Shown: piece after piece, positions 10,497 to 23,790 of the stretch
Position numbering within the stretch: position 1 is the first letter of the stretch
Layout: each line of letters begins with the position of its first letter
From: Macrostomum lignano
Lineage: Eukaryota
Assembly: GCA_002269645.1 (NCBI GenBank)
Contig: NIVC01002367.1
Coordinates: 115,947 to 179,946, forward strand
Direction of reading: 5' to 3'
Length of the DNA stretch: 64,000 bases
Translations under genes and position numbers: made by a program
Notes under the pieces: model-generated
Databases searched by the model: none
What the model was told of the DNA's origin: nothing
What the model saw: the letters and a program-made list of their open reading frames with translations, nothing else

Positions 10497-11157
10497 GAAA
10501 AAAGGGGGAGTAATATAAGGATTCAATTTCATATGCATGTAGGCCTTAGGGACTATTTAGGGACTATCGTAGGAACTATTAGGAATAGGACTTAGGATTT
10601 AGGAAATTAGGGAATTGCATTGTTATCAGAGCGTGGTGGAGTGTAGCAGTTGTGGACAGCTGCACTCTTACAAAAAGCCACAAGTGCTTGATGACGGCAT
10701 TGCAAAGGGCGAGTGCAGGCCGCCCTAAAAGTCTGCTTCCACTTTAGAGGGGTTGTATGCCTTTATGTGGGGCGGGGTTCAATTACATTTTTAACAGAGG
10801 CATTTCAGGAATCGCACGAGAAAGGGGAACCGTGAGAATCGGCCGGAATTGCGCGGTGGCTGGAAGACGTGGGAAAGGATAACGCAGACAGTTTCACAGG
10901 GACTTCATCGGGGAAATTTACTATAAATAAGCGAGGGGTTAAATGCTAAAAACTTTACCTTTTCTCACTCTCTTTTCACTCTCTTTTTACACGCCTTGTA
11001 TTAACTTTTGGATTGCTTAATAGTTTGCAAATCACGACGACCGCTTCTGCAGACACCTGTGACCTGAGGGTAAGACTGAGCACTGCCATGACTATAGATT
11101 TATGAATATTAGCGTATCGGTCTCAGACCAGGTAGATAGGCGTAATTTATATATATA
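10497..11157 (+). mobile_element. PPT and probable 3' LTR of the deleted Gypsy element
   Basis: PPT gaaaaaagggggag at 10497-10510, TATA box ctataaata near 10921, splice donor gagg/GTAAGA at 11070. Exact LTR ends are uncertain and not TG...CA. Confidence 0.6.
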
Positions 11158-11429
11158 TATAATAGATTAATAGGATTATTTGAGTAGCTTAGTTATACCG
11201 TAGTGTCTCAGACTTATTCTCCCTGCTTGTAGCTCGCTTATTTGCTTATTAATACAAACGTTGAAAATGCAGTAGTAAATATAATTATATGGTTGATCGG
11301 TAAATAACATCCAAGCATATTCTACCTCGTTTGAGTCACTATTAATCATATGTAAGGTTCTTAGTTTGCGGCCAACTAGGAAGCTTATACTCAGATTCCA
11401 GATCCCAGATCTCAGATTCCAGATTTCAG

Positions 11430-11899
11430 GTCTGTCTGTCTGTCTGTATTTCTGTCTTTCTGTCTGTTTGTATGCTGGGTTTTTTTGTGCGAATGGGTGC
11501 GAATAGCATCCTGGTCTTAAAAATCGCACCCTGAAATTTGACTCAGGGTGCAAAAAGCGCACCCAAATATTTGCAAGTTTTTGTCTGCAGCAGTGCAGCG
11601 CATCCTGGTCTTGAAAATCGCACCCTGAAATCTAGCACAGGGTGCGAAATCGCACCCAAGTTATGGACGAAAAAAACCCAGTTTGTATGTCTGTCTTTCT
11701 GTCTGTCTGTATGTCTGTCTGTCTGTATTTCTGTCTGTCTGTCTGTCTGTCTGTTTGTACGTCTGTCTTTCTGTCTGTCTGTCTGTCTGTATGTCTGTCT
11801 TTCTGTCTGTCTGTATTTCTGTCTGTCTGTCTGTCTGTCTGTCTGTCAGAGTGTCTGTCTGTCTGTCTGTCTGTGTCTCTCAGAGTGTCTGTCCGTCTT

Positions 11900-11937
<38 letters not shown>

Positions 11938-11975
11938 AGAGTGTCCGTCTGTCTGTCTCTATGTGTGTCCGTCTG
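11430..11975. repeat. (TCTG)n microsatellite interrupted by a MITE
   Basis: Visible directly in the sequence. Confidence 0.95.
11475..11681. mobile_element. 207-bp MITE with 12-bp TIRs (CTGGGTTTTTTT) and 8-bp TSD (TTTGTATG)
   Basis: TIRs at 11475-11486 and 11670-11681. TSD at 11467-11474 and 11682-11689. Internal gggtgcgaaatcgcaccc hairpin repeats. Confidence 0.9.
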
Positions 11976-12027
11976 AATCTGAATCTACGATTTCTGTATA
12001 TCCCATACATTCCACAATTACTTTTAG

Positions 12028-15000
12028 AATGGACACCTGCCCTCAAGGCTGAATACCAGGCTCTTACGCAGAACGAGAAAAACGCTCTTAGGCAGAGGGC
12101 TAAAGATCGTCCGAGAGATTTTAAAAGCAGCATTCTGGTCGACTTGAAACGAGCTCAAAAATCTTTCTGCGTCGTTATTCCTCCACCCATACCAACAGAT
12201 AAGCCCGAATGTTACGTATCTGATGGAGTATCTTCCCGAGTTCAAGAGGAATTAACTGCAGCGGTGAAACAGCTTTCTGATATCATCGAGAAAGGAGAGG
12301 AATATTATCGAGAAGAAAAAATCGCCTCTCAAGCCCGAATGGAAGTTCGAGCTGAAGCTACCGGACCTTCCAACGCTTTTCGTGATGTGAAGAAGCTGAG
12401 ACGGTCAATCCAGGAGAAAGCAACGACTGCTTTCAAGAGAGCTGGAAACAGAGGCCCGATTCCATGGAAGCAAATGGAGAGTGACAAGCGAAACAAAACC
12501 AGATTTTCACGCGGAAGATTTTCTCTCGATTTCAAGTCACTCCATCATTTAAACAGGGCGGAATGTGTTCAGTTGGTTGAAAAGTTGGAAAATACAGATT
12601 TGGTATTTGTCAATTACCAACATTCTGACCTTATTGAAAGTGCAGGGCATTCAAGCGCCGCTACACCTGCCACGGCCGCTGCAACTGCTACACCTGCCAC
12701 GGCCGCTGCAACTGCTACACCTGCCACGGCCGCTGCAACTGCAACACCTGCCACGGCCGCTGCAACTGCTACACCTGCTACGGCCGCTGCAACTGCTACA
12801 CCTGCCACGGCCGCTGCAACTGCAACACCTGCCACGGCTACTGCAACACCAGCCACGAGTGCTGAAGTGAACATCCCGGCAGACAAACCTGATGAGTTTG
12901 ATAACTACGAGCTTGGACCTGGAATCAGTGCTTATCGAGAATTTTTTCACATGGAAGACAGCAGTGCAACAGTGCAAGCGCAGCCGCAGGGAGCTGCTAT
13001 TGTACTGACTAACGCCTGCGTCTCAAGTGTTAACAGTAATCAAACAGGTATGTCTCATTCAGCTATAGAGACGAGAGCCAATCCGACTACTATCAGTTTA
13101 TTTGGCCGCTCGGCTGCTTTTCGCTATAGTTAAGCATGCATTTATTCGAATTAAGAGCCAAAAAATTGTCTGTTTTAAACTTAACTGATGTTATACTCAG
13201 TAAAGCAATCCTCAGTCTCTTTGCAAGACTGGCCGCTTTGCAGAAAATGCTGTGGCAGAAGATCTGGTTCACTGCTGTGACTTTGCCCACTTTGCAAATC
13301 AATTCTGTATACTTTGCTGGGGTAATTATTGTCACTTTGCATACATCCAGATCCCCACTCCTGCGTTGTGATGACCTCTGCGTGGTGCAGGAGAGGCAAC
13401 AACCCTGTTCACAAAAACACGGTTGGCTAACAATCACAGTTAGTATATAGCTAGTTAAATCCCAGATCTCCCAGATTTCAGATCTCAGATTTCATATATC
13501 AGATCTCAGATCCCAGATTTCAGATCTCAGATCCCAGTCTCAGATTTCAGATCCCAGATCCTGGGATTCTAAACTTTTAAATATACAAAATACAACAGTC
13601 ATTACCTATATTGTGCATATATTCTTAATGTCTTGTTTTCTCATGAAAATACCTGTGTATTAGAACTCCCACGACTCCAACTCCCTCTTCTCTTCTCTGT
13701 CTCCTCTTTCTTTCTACTGACTCCCTCCTCTATCGTGTATCATCTCTCTCCCATCTCCCAATGCACCCCAGCTCTCACTTCTCTCCCATTTCTTTTCCCT
13801 ATTCACCCTATAGGTCACTTCTCTCCCATTTTTCCCTATTCACCCTATCTGTCACTTCTTCCATTTCTCCCATATTTAGTATATAAAAATAAAAATTTCG
13901 AAAAGATTAGAATTTTATATAATAGAATTTCTGTAATCAATTGCAGTAATGGCAAAAAAAATCGAAAAAGAGCCCCAAAAAGGGGCCCTGACTGGGCCGC
14001 GGAGGTGGAGGCTGCGGCGGAGGCAGCTCCGGCGTCAGCTCCGGCGGCGGAGGCAGCTCCGGAGGCAGCTCCGGCGGCGGCTCCGGCGGAGGCAGCACCG
14101 GCGGAGGCGGCTGCCAGACGGCGGGCGGGCCGCCGCTGGGCCCGCGTCCGCAAGAGAGAAACATTAGTACGTGCATTTGCTGCCTAAATCATTTCTATAT
14201 ATATCTTTGCTATCTAGATCTCAGATTCCAGATTTCAGGTTCCAAATCCCAGATCTCAGATTCCAGATTTCAGGTTCCAGATCTCAGATTCCAGATCCCA
14301 GATCTCAGATCTTAAATCTCAGATTCCAGATCCCAGATCTCAGATCCCAGATCTCAGATCTTAGATCTCAGATTCCAGATCCCAGATCTCAGATTCTGGA
14401 TCCAAGATTTCAGATCTTAAATCTCAGATTCTAGATCCCAGATCTCAAATCTTAAATCTCAGATTTTAGATCTCAGATCCCAGATTCCAGATCTCAGATT
14501 CCAGATTCCAGATCCCAGATCTCAGATCTTAAATCTCAGATCTTAGATCTCAGATTCCAGATTACAGATTCCAGTTTTCAGGTTCCAGATCTCAGATTCC
14601 AGATTCCAGATCCCAGATCTCAGATCTTAAATCTCAGATTCCAGATCCCAGATCTCAGATCTTAAATCTCAGATTCCAGATCCCTGATCTCAGATTCCAG
14701 ATCTCAGATTCCAGACCCCAGATCTCAGATTCCAGTTTTCAGGTTCCAGACCCCAGATCTCAGATTCCAGATTTCAGGTTCCAGATCTCAGATTCCAGAT
14801 CTCAGATCTTAAATCTCAGATTCCAGATCCCAGATCTCAGATTCCAGATCTCAGATCTTAAATCTCAGATTCTAGATCCCAGTTCTCAGATCTTAAATCT
14901 CAGATTCTAGATCCCAGTTCTCAGATCTTAAATCTCAGATTCCAGATCCCAGATCTCAGATCTTAAATCTCAGATCTTAAATCTCAGATCTTAGATCTCA

Positions 15001-18000
15001 GATTCCAGATCCCAGATCTCAGATTCCAGTTTTCAGGTCTCAGATTCCAGATTTCAGGTTCCAGATCCCAAATCTCAGATCTTAAATCTCAGATTCCAGA
15101 TCCCAGATCTGATTCCAGATCCCAGATCTCAGATCTTAAATCTCAGATTCCAGATCCCAGATCTCAGATTCTAGATCCCAGATCTCAGATTTTAGATCTC
15201 AGATCCCAGATTTCAGATCTCAGATCCCAGTCTCAGATTTCAGATCCCAGATCCTGGGATTCTAAACTTTTAAATATACAAAATACAACAGTCATTACCT
15301 ATATTGTGCATATATTCTTAATGTCTTGTTTTCTCATGAAAATACCTGTGTATTAGAACTCCCACGACTCCAACTCCCTCTTCTCTTCTCTGTCTCCTCT
15401 TTCTTTCTACTGACTCCCTCCTCTATCGTGTATCATCTCTCTCCCATCTCCCAATGCACCCCAGCTCTCACTTCTCTCCCATTTCTTTTCCCTATTCACC
15501 CTATAGGTCACTTCTCTCCCATTTTTCCCTATTCACCCTATCTGTCACTTCTTCCATTTCTCCCATATTTAGTATATAAAAATAAAAATTTCGAAAAGAT
15601 TAGAATTTTATATAATAGAATTTCTGTAATCAATTGCAGTAATGGCAAAAAAAATCGAAAAAGAGCCCCAAAAAGGGGCCCTGACTGGGCCGCGGAGGTG
15701 GAGGCTGCGGCGGAGGCAGCTCCGGCGTCAGCTCCGGCGGCGGAGGCAGCTCCGGAGGCAGCTCCGGCGGCGGCTCCGGCGGAGGCAGCACCGGCGGAGG
15801 CGGCTGCCAGACGGCGGGCGGGCCGCCGCTGGGCCCGCGTCCGCAAGAGAGAAACATTAGTACGTGCATTTGCTGCCTAAATCATTTCTATATATATCTT
15901 TGCTATCTAGATCTCAGATTCCAGATTTCAGGTTCCAAATCCCAGATCTCAGATTCCAGATTTCAGGTTCCAGATCTCAGATTCCAGATCCCAGATCTCA
16001 GATCTTAAATCTCAGATTCCAGATCCCAGATCTCAGATCCCAGATCTCAGATCTTAGATCTCAGATTCCAGATCCCAGATCTCAGATTCTGGATCCAAGA
16101 TTTCAGATCTTAAATCTCAGATTCTAGATCCCAGATCTCAAATCTTAAATCTCAGATTTTAGATCTCAGATCCCAGATTCCAGATCTCAGATTCCAGATT
16201 CCAGATCCCAGATCTCAGATCTTAAATCTCAGATCTTAGATCTCAGATTCCAGATTACAGATTCCAGTTTTCAGGTTCCAGATCTCAGATTCCAGATTCC
16301 AGATCCCAGATCTCAGATCTTAAATCTCAGATTCCAGATCCCAGATCTCAGATCTTAAATCTCAGATTCCAGATCCCTGATCTCAGATTCCAGATCTCAG
16401 ATTCCAGACCCCAGATCTCAGATTCCAGTTTTCAGGTTCCAGACCCCAGATCTCAGATTCCAGATTTCAGGTTCCAGATCTCAGATTCCAGATCTCAGAT
16501 CTTAAATCTCAGATTCCAGATCCCAGATCTCAGATTCCAGATCTCAGATCTTAAATCTCAGATTCTAGATCCCAGTTCTCAGATCTTAAATCTCAGATTC
16601 TAGATCCCAGTTCTCAGATCTTAAATCTCAGATTCCAGATCCCAGATCTCAGATCTTAAATCTCAGATCTTAAATCTCAGATCTTAGATCTCAGATTCCA
16701 GATCCCAGATCTCAGATTCCAGTTTTCAGGTCTCAGATTCCAGATTTCAGGTTCCAGATCCCAAATCTCAGATCTTAAATCTCAGATTCCAGATCCCAGA
16801 TCTGATTCCAGATCCCAGATCTCAGATCTTAAATCTCAGATTCCAGATCCCAGATCTCAGATTCTAGATCCCAGATCTCAGATTTTAGATCTCAGATCCC
16901 AGATTCCAGATCTCAGATTCCAGATCTCAGATTTCAGATCCCAGATCCTGGGATTCTAAACTTTTAAATATACAAAATACAACAGTCATTACCTATATTG
17001 TGCATATATTCTTAATGTCTTGTTTTCTCATGAAAATACCTGTGTATTAGAACTCCCACGACTCCAACTCCCTCTTCTCTTCTCTGTCTCCTCTTTCTTT
17101 CTACTGACTCCCTCCTCTATCGTGTATCATCTCTCTCCCATCTCCCAATGCACCCCAGCTCTCACTTCTCTCCCATTTCTTTTCCCTATTCACCCTATAG
17201 GTCACTTCTCTCCCATTTTTCCCTATTCACCCTATCTGTCACTTCTTCCATTTCTCCCATATTTAGTATATAAAAATAAAAATTTCGAAAAGATTAGAAT
17301 TTTATATAATAGAATTTCTGTAATCAATTGCAGTAATGGCAAAAAAAATCGAAAAAGAGCCCCAAAAAGGGGCCCTGACTGGGCCGCGGAGGTGGAGGCT
17401 GCGGCGGAGGCAGCTCCGGCGTCAGCTCCGGCGGCGGAGGCAGCTCCGGAGGCAGCTCCGGCGGCGGCTCCGGCGGAGGCAGCACCGGCGGAGGCGGCTG
17501 CCAGACGGCGGGCGGGCCGCCGCTGGGCCCGCGTCCGCAAGAGAGAAACATTAGTACGTGCATTTGCTGCCTAAATCATTTCTATATATATCTTTGCTAT
17601 CTAGATCTCAGATTCCAGATTTCAGGTTCCAAATCCCAGATCTCAGATTCCAGATTTCAGGTTCCAGATCTCAGATTCCAGATCCCAGATCTCAGATCTT
17701 AAATCTCAGATTCCAGATCCCAGATCTCAGATCCCAGATCTCAGATCTTAGATCTCAGATTCCAGATCCCAGATCTCAGATTCTGGATCCAAGATTTCAG
17801 ATCTTAAATCTCAGATTCTAGATCCCAGATCTCAAATCTTAAATCTCAGATTTTAGATCTCAGATCCCAGATTCCAGATCTCAGATTCCAGATTCCAGAT
17901 CCCAGATCTCAGATCTTAAATCTCAGATCTTAGATCTCAGATTCCAGATTACAGATTCCAGTTTTCAGGTTCCAGATCTCAGATTCCAGATTCCAGATCC

Positions 18001-19310
18001 CAGATCTCAGATCTTAAATCTCAGATTCCAGATCCCAGATCTCAGATCTTAAATCTCAGATTCCAGATCCCTGATCTCAGATTCCAGATCTCAGATTCCA
18101 GACCCCAGATCTCAGATTCCAGTTTTCAGGTTCCAGACCCCAGATCTCAGATTCCAGATTTCAGGTTCCAGATCTCAGATTCCAGATCTCAGATCTTAAA
18201 TCTCAGATTCCAGATCCCAGATCTCAGATTCCAGATCTCAGATCTTAAATCTCAGATTCTAGATCCCAGTTCTCAGATCTTAAATCTCAGATTCTAGATC
18301 CCAGTTCTCAGATCTTAAATCTCAGATTCCAGATCCCAGATCTCAGATCTTAAATCTCAGATCTTAAATCTCAGATCTTAGATCTCAGATTCCAGATCCC
18401 AGATCTCAGATTCCAGTTTTCAGGTCTCAGATTCCAGATTTCAGGTTCCAGATCCCAAATCTCAGATCTTAAATCTCAGATTCCAGATCCCAGATCTGAT
18501 TCCAGATCCCAGATCTCAGATCTTAAATCTCAGATTCCAGATCCCAGATCTCAGATTCTAGATCCCAGATCTCAGATTTTAGATCTCAGATCCCAGATTC
18601 CAGATCTCAGATTCCAGATCTCAGATTCCAGATCCAAGATCTCAGATTCCAGGTTTCAGGTTCCAGATCTAAGATTCTAGATCTCAGATCCCAGACACAG
18701 TCTCAAGTTAGAATAAGCTTTACTGAGCTTTCAGATTGATGGTCAGGCACTAGGACATTACATTACACAGAATTAAATTCAGCAAGCTTATTTGTGTAAA
18801 TATTAATTTATTTCCAGATGCAAACCGTCGCCCGCTTGCAGCTGCTGCAAGCCCAGCTGCTGGGCCAGCTGGCTGGGTAAGATATTTTTCAAATATTAAA
18901 TGCTAAAATGTATACTCCTAAATATGCAGTCTAATTTCTTTCATTTACGATTTAAATCGTAACTAGATCGGCTTCGTCTCGGCCCATCAACACAGTCCTC
19001 AGTCTTGTATGTGGTCCAGATAAATCAGTCCATGGGGTGATACCTTATACATATGCAGGCTAGCAAAAGAAGGCTATAGGGCTGCAGGGATCAGAAGTGA
19101 AGCTGCTGGCAGATCGTAGGAGATTTCAGATTTTCAGGTGTAAAATCCCTCCCCCTCTATGCTAAAGACCTCATTAATTCTCAGCACTGTCAAACACCTT
19201 TTAGATGCCCAGCAGTTCCTTCAGTCGCTGCACTGGCTGGTCCCTCAGGTCCTTCAGTGGGTGCCCCCTCAGATCCTTCAGTGGATGCCCCTTCAGAACC
19301 CAAAATCTAA
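12028..19310 (+). CDS. Unknown multi-exon gene, 5' end not found, possibly pseudogenised
   Basis: Phase-consistent GT-AG exons: 12028-13047 (1-1), 13201-13321 (1-2; CxxC..CxxC with in-frame TGA at 13278), 13947-14166 (2-0; triplicated), 18818-18876 (0-2) and 19205-19310 (stop). Further phase-2 exons at 19618-19800 (RG repeat) and 19872-20052. Confidence 0.55.
12660..12858 (+). repeat. 27-bp coding repeat (ATPATAAAT), about 7 copies
   Basis: In frame within exon 12028-13047. Confidence 0.9.
13470..18690. repeat. 1.69-kb tandem triplication (about 650 bp unique + about 1 kb CAGATC satellite per unit)
   Basis: Identical ORFs at 13633, 15326 and 17020 (periods 1693 and 1694). Units are nearly identical. 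Confidence 0.95.
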
Positions 19311-20211
19311 AATCTAAAATCGACACATTTCGTAGCTGTCTACTTGGAGTAGCTGGTCAGAGAAGGCATCCCCGAATCTCCAGATTTCCTGATTCTCACA
19401 TCCTTATCCCTGAATGTCAGATCTTCCTATCTGATTTCCTCATGTTAATCTCAGAATAGCCTCATACTCAACACAACTATAGTTTATGTATAACGTCTCT
19501 GTGCATCAAAAGCTGAGCAGTTTAGAGTTAATAAGCAATTTACTATAAATGAAATAAACAACAGTTCTCAGAGTAAAACTTACACTTGTTCTGTGGTTCT
19601 AATGTTCTCGCTATCAGAGACCTTATTCACGTCCCATCCCCGCCCCACCCGAAATATCTTGATAGAACAAATTGCGCGCCTCTCAAAAAAACTTACATTG
19701 CGACTTTTGAACTTTACAGAAATACTGGCTTCGGCTTGCGGGGCCGGGGACGAGGGCGAGGACGAGGGCGAGGGCGAGGCGGCCAGCCCTTCCATCATTG
19801 GTAAGTTGCCATAGGACACCATTTGTTTTTCAACACACAAAATTTAATTTTTTGGACACATACATGTACAGTCGAGACACCTGTACAGACACACAGAGAG
19901 ACAGAAAAACACGGAGAAGGACAGATAAACGGGCAGACAGACAGGTGATAAATGTGAGGGAAAATCAACGAGAGAAGAATCCGAGGGACGTGAGGGAGGC
20001 AGAGGCCAGAGTTTGCCAATACATGTTCTTGAGTCAGACAGACATTTCCTGACATTCTGCGCAGCACTCCAGCCATTTTAACTATTGACAAGTTTTTGTT
20101 GGGATATGACTTCAGATTTTGGAAAACATGCAAAAGTAGTTTCGGGGATTGGAATTCCACGGTTTCAATATACGCGGTTTTCAGTAGCTTGTGCTAAGCG
20201 GGTCTATGAAC

Positions 20212-20300
20212 TTTGCTAGCAGGAATTTTGCTGGCCGAAAGTTGCTAGCAGGAATTTTGCTAGCGAGGATTTAGCTAGCCGAAATCTGCTAGCGAGAATC
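20212..20300. repeat. Short GCTAGC-core repeat cluster
   Basis: tttgctagcagga-like units recur. Confidence 0.55.
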
Positions 20301-20449
20301 CAAACAAAACCGGCAAGCAGCAATTTGGCTGGCCGAACTCAGGAAGTTGTAATTCGGTAGAGACAATTTGCTTAGTCAAGTTTCGCAAGAATTTCACTAA
20401 ATCCTCTATAGCGTCGCTCCACTTTTACCAATCCTCTTCAAATTGGACA

Positions 20450-22930
20450 CAATCTAATTTTCAACTATTTTGACACGATCGTATAAAGTTTCGAGTCTCG
20501 AAGTTAATTCTGAACGGCACTGTGTACTTTTAAAGTTAGTCTGCTTTTCGTCAGCGAGACAGCCACCCCAACCTCCGTCTCTCTCCTTCCTGGCCACTAG
20601 ACAGATGTGTGAAAGGGGTTTAAAATTGACTAACTTTCAGCTGACACAAGTTTGCTCCACGTATATTTCAGATTCCAGATCCCAGATCTCAGATTCCAGT
20701 TTTCAGGTTCCAGATCCCAGATCTCAGATTTCAGATTTCAGGTTCCAGATCTCAGATTCCAGATCTCAGATTCCAGATCTCAGATCTTAAATCTCAGATT
20801 CCAGATCCCAGATCTCAGATCTTAAATCTCAGATTCTAGATCCCAGATTTCAGATCTTAAATCTCAGATTTTAGATCCCAGATCTCAGATCTTAAATCTC
20901 AGATTTTAGATCTCAGATCCCAGATTCCAGATCTCAGATTCCAGATTCCAGATCCCAGATCTCAGATCTTAAATCTCAGATTCCAGATCTCAGATTCCAG
21001 TTTTCAGGTTCCAGATTCCAGATTCCAGATCCCTGATCTCAGATTCTAGATCCCAGATCTCAGATCTTAAATCTCAGATTCTAGATCCCAGATCTCAGAT
21101 CTTAAAGCTCAGATTTTAGATCTCAGATCCCAGATTCCAGATCACAGATTCCAGATTCAATTGAATTCAATTCAAGTTTGCTCCACGTGTACAGCCATTG
21201 ACTTCAAACTTTATACAATTCTTCAATGACTTATTATTTGTCGAAATATAAAGTCCAAACTTTGTACTTTTTGACACAACTATTTGAACAACTATTTTGA
21301 CACAATCGTAAAAAGTTTCGAGTCTCGAAGTTAATTCTGAACGGCACTGTGTACTTTTAAAGTTAGTCTGCTTTTCGTCAGCGAGACAGCCACCCCAACC
21401 TCCGTCTCTCTCCTTCCTGGCCACTAGACAGATGTGTGAAAGGGGTTTAAAATTGAATAACTTTCAGCTGACACAAGTTTGCTAAACGTATATTTCAGAT
21501 TCCAGATCCCAGATCTCAGATTCCAGTTTTCAGGTTTCAGATCCCAGATCTCAGATTTCAGATCCCAGATCTCAGATTCCAGATCTCAGATTCCAGATTT
21601 CAGGTTCCAGATCTCAAATTCCAGATCCCAGATCTCAGATCTTAAATCTCAGATTCCAGATCTCAGATTCCAGATCCCAGATCTCAGATCTTAAATCTCA
21701 GATTTCAGATCCCTGATCTCAGATCTTAAATCTCAGATTCTAGATCCCAGATCTCAGATCTTAAATCTCAGATTCTAGATCCCAGATCTCAGATCTTAAA
21801 TCTCAGATTTTAGATCTCAGATCCCAGATTCCAGATCACAGATTCCAGATTTAATTGAATTCAATTCAAGTTTGCTCCACGTGTACAGCCATTGACGTCA
21901 AACTTTATACAATTCTTCAATGACTTATTATTTGTCGAAATATAAAGTCCAAACTTTGTACTTTTTGACACAACTATTTGAACAACTATTTTGACACAAT
22001 CGTATAAAGTTTCGAGTCTCGAAGTTAATTCTGAACGGCACTGTGTACTTTTAAAGTTAGTCTGCTTTTCGTCAGCGAGACAGCCACCCCAACCTCCGTC
22101 TCTCTCCTTCCTGGCCACTAGACAGATGTGTGAAAGGGGTTTAAAATTGAATAACTTTCAGCTGACACAAGTTTGCTAAACGTATATTTCAGATTCCAGA
22201 TCCCAGATCTCAGATTCCAGTTTTCAGGTTCCAGATCCCAGATCTCAGATTCCAGATTCCAGATCCCAGATTCCAGATCCAGATCTCAGATTCCAGATTT
22301 CAGGTTCCAGATCTCAAATTCAAGATCCCAGATCTCAGATCTTAAATCTCAGATTCCAGATCTCAGATTCCAGATCCCAGATCTCAGATCTTAAATCTCA
22401 GATTTCAGATCCCTGATCTCAGATCTTAAATCTCAGATTCTAGATCCCAGATCTCAGATCTTAAATCTCAGATTCTAGATCCCAGAACTCAGATCTTAAA
22501 TCTCAGATTTTAGATCTCAGATCCCAGATTCCAGATCACAGATTCCAGATCTCAGATTCCAGATTAAATTGAATTCAATTCAAGTTTGCTCCACGTGTAC
22601 AGCCATTGACGTCAAACTTTATACAATTCTTCAATGACTTATTATTTGTCAAAATATAAAGTCCAAACTTTGTACTTTTTGACACAACTATTTGAACAAC
22701 TATTTTGACACAATCGTATAAAGTTTCGAGTCTCGAAGTTAATTCTGAACGGCACTGTGTACTTTTAAAGTTAGTCTGCTTTTCGTCAGCGAGACAGCCA
22801 CCCCAACCTCCGTCTCTCTCCTTCCTGGCCACTAGACAGATGTGTGAAAGGGGTTTAAAATTGAATAACTTTCAGCTGACACAAGTTTGCTCCACGTATA
22901 CAGCGATTGACTTCAAACTTTATACAATTC
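20450..22930. repeat. ~700-bp tandem repeat, about 3.5 units, each with a 320-bp unique part plus the same CAGATC satellite
   Basis: ttcaagtttgctccacgtgtacagccattgac recurs near 21172, 21866 and 22580, with partial copies at 20450 and 22880. Confidence 0.95.
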
Positions 22931-23469
22931 TTTATTGACTCATTCTCTGTCTAAATATAAAGTCTCAACCCTGCACTTCAGTTAGAACAGAAACTGTAGG
23001 CATGTGAAGTTTGTCTGCTTTTTGTTGTTTGTGCTACTGCACTCACTCATTCCCCCAGACAAGAATCAGGTGATAGGGATAACTGTGAGGGAAAGTTGAA
23101 ATAACTTTTTATAGCCTTCTCTGGTAACGTTAAGCCATGACAGTACAGTAAGGAATTCAACTACTGTCCTACTACGAGCTATCTGATTGCGACTTGAGAG
23201 TATTCTGTCCCCCCCCCCACAATGACAAACTGACTTTCCAAGCACTTGAACTGATGAGCCAGCAGATTTGTCTGTCTTGTGTGTCTGACCATACGCTCGT
23301 ATATATTCTATATGTACTAATATACATTATAAATTCTAATTCTAAATTCTAGTATATTATATATAGTCGAATAGTTTTCCCATAAAAGTTTGAACGCTGA
23401 CTTGCAAGCAGCCTACTAGGAGTTATCGTACATTGAGAGAGGGCCACCGTTCTGCACCCACCCCAAAAC

Positions 23470-23790
23470 TGAGCACGCGGGCCAATGAGAATTCTCCCAC
23501 GGTGAGTTAGGCAAGCCAACCCCACGGTGAGTTAGGCAAGCCAACCCCTCCCTTTGATTAATGAGCCTCTCGCTTTTTGATTCAACGACGGCCACCACCC
23601 ACGGTGTAAGTTAATTTGTGGCTTTATTCACCAGTATCAAGGAGCTTATATAAAGAGCTGGAAAGAAAAGGCTATCCTTGTCTCATTTTAAGCATAGGCT
23701 TGCATAGAGTGAGTATAAATATTTGAGCGCAAGCTTAACGGCTATACTTGGTTATTTTTAATTTGTCTTTAAATACAGGTAAGTTCAAGG
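23470..23790 (+). promoter_or_regulatory. Pol II promoter-like segment (CCAAT, duplicated 25-mer, TATA, splice donor)
   Basis: gggccaatgag near 23480, cccacggtgagttaggcaagccaac twice, cttatataaag near 23645, acag/GTAAGT near 23779. Confidence 0.4.

Noticed and set aside
11538-12027. N-terminal part of the 531-aa ORF and the other VCLS/DRQT ORFs
   Set aside because: This is (TCTG)n microsatellite and MITE sequence. Real coding appears to start at the acceptor at 12027.
13278-13280. Selenocysteine reading of the in-frame TGA
   Set aside because: No SECIS element recognised and no redox motif context. A nonsense mutation is simpler.
20470-22938. Repeated 60-106-aa ORFs in the 700-bp units
   Set aside because: No splice context or recognisable domain, and they partly run through satellite sequence.
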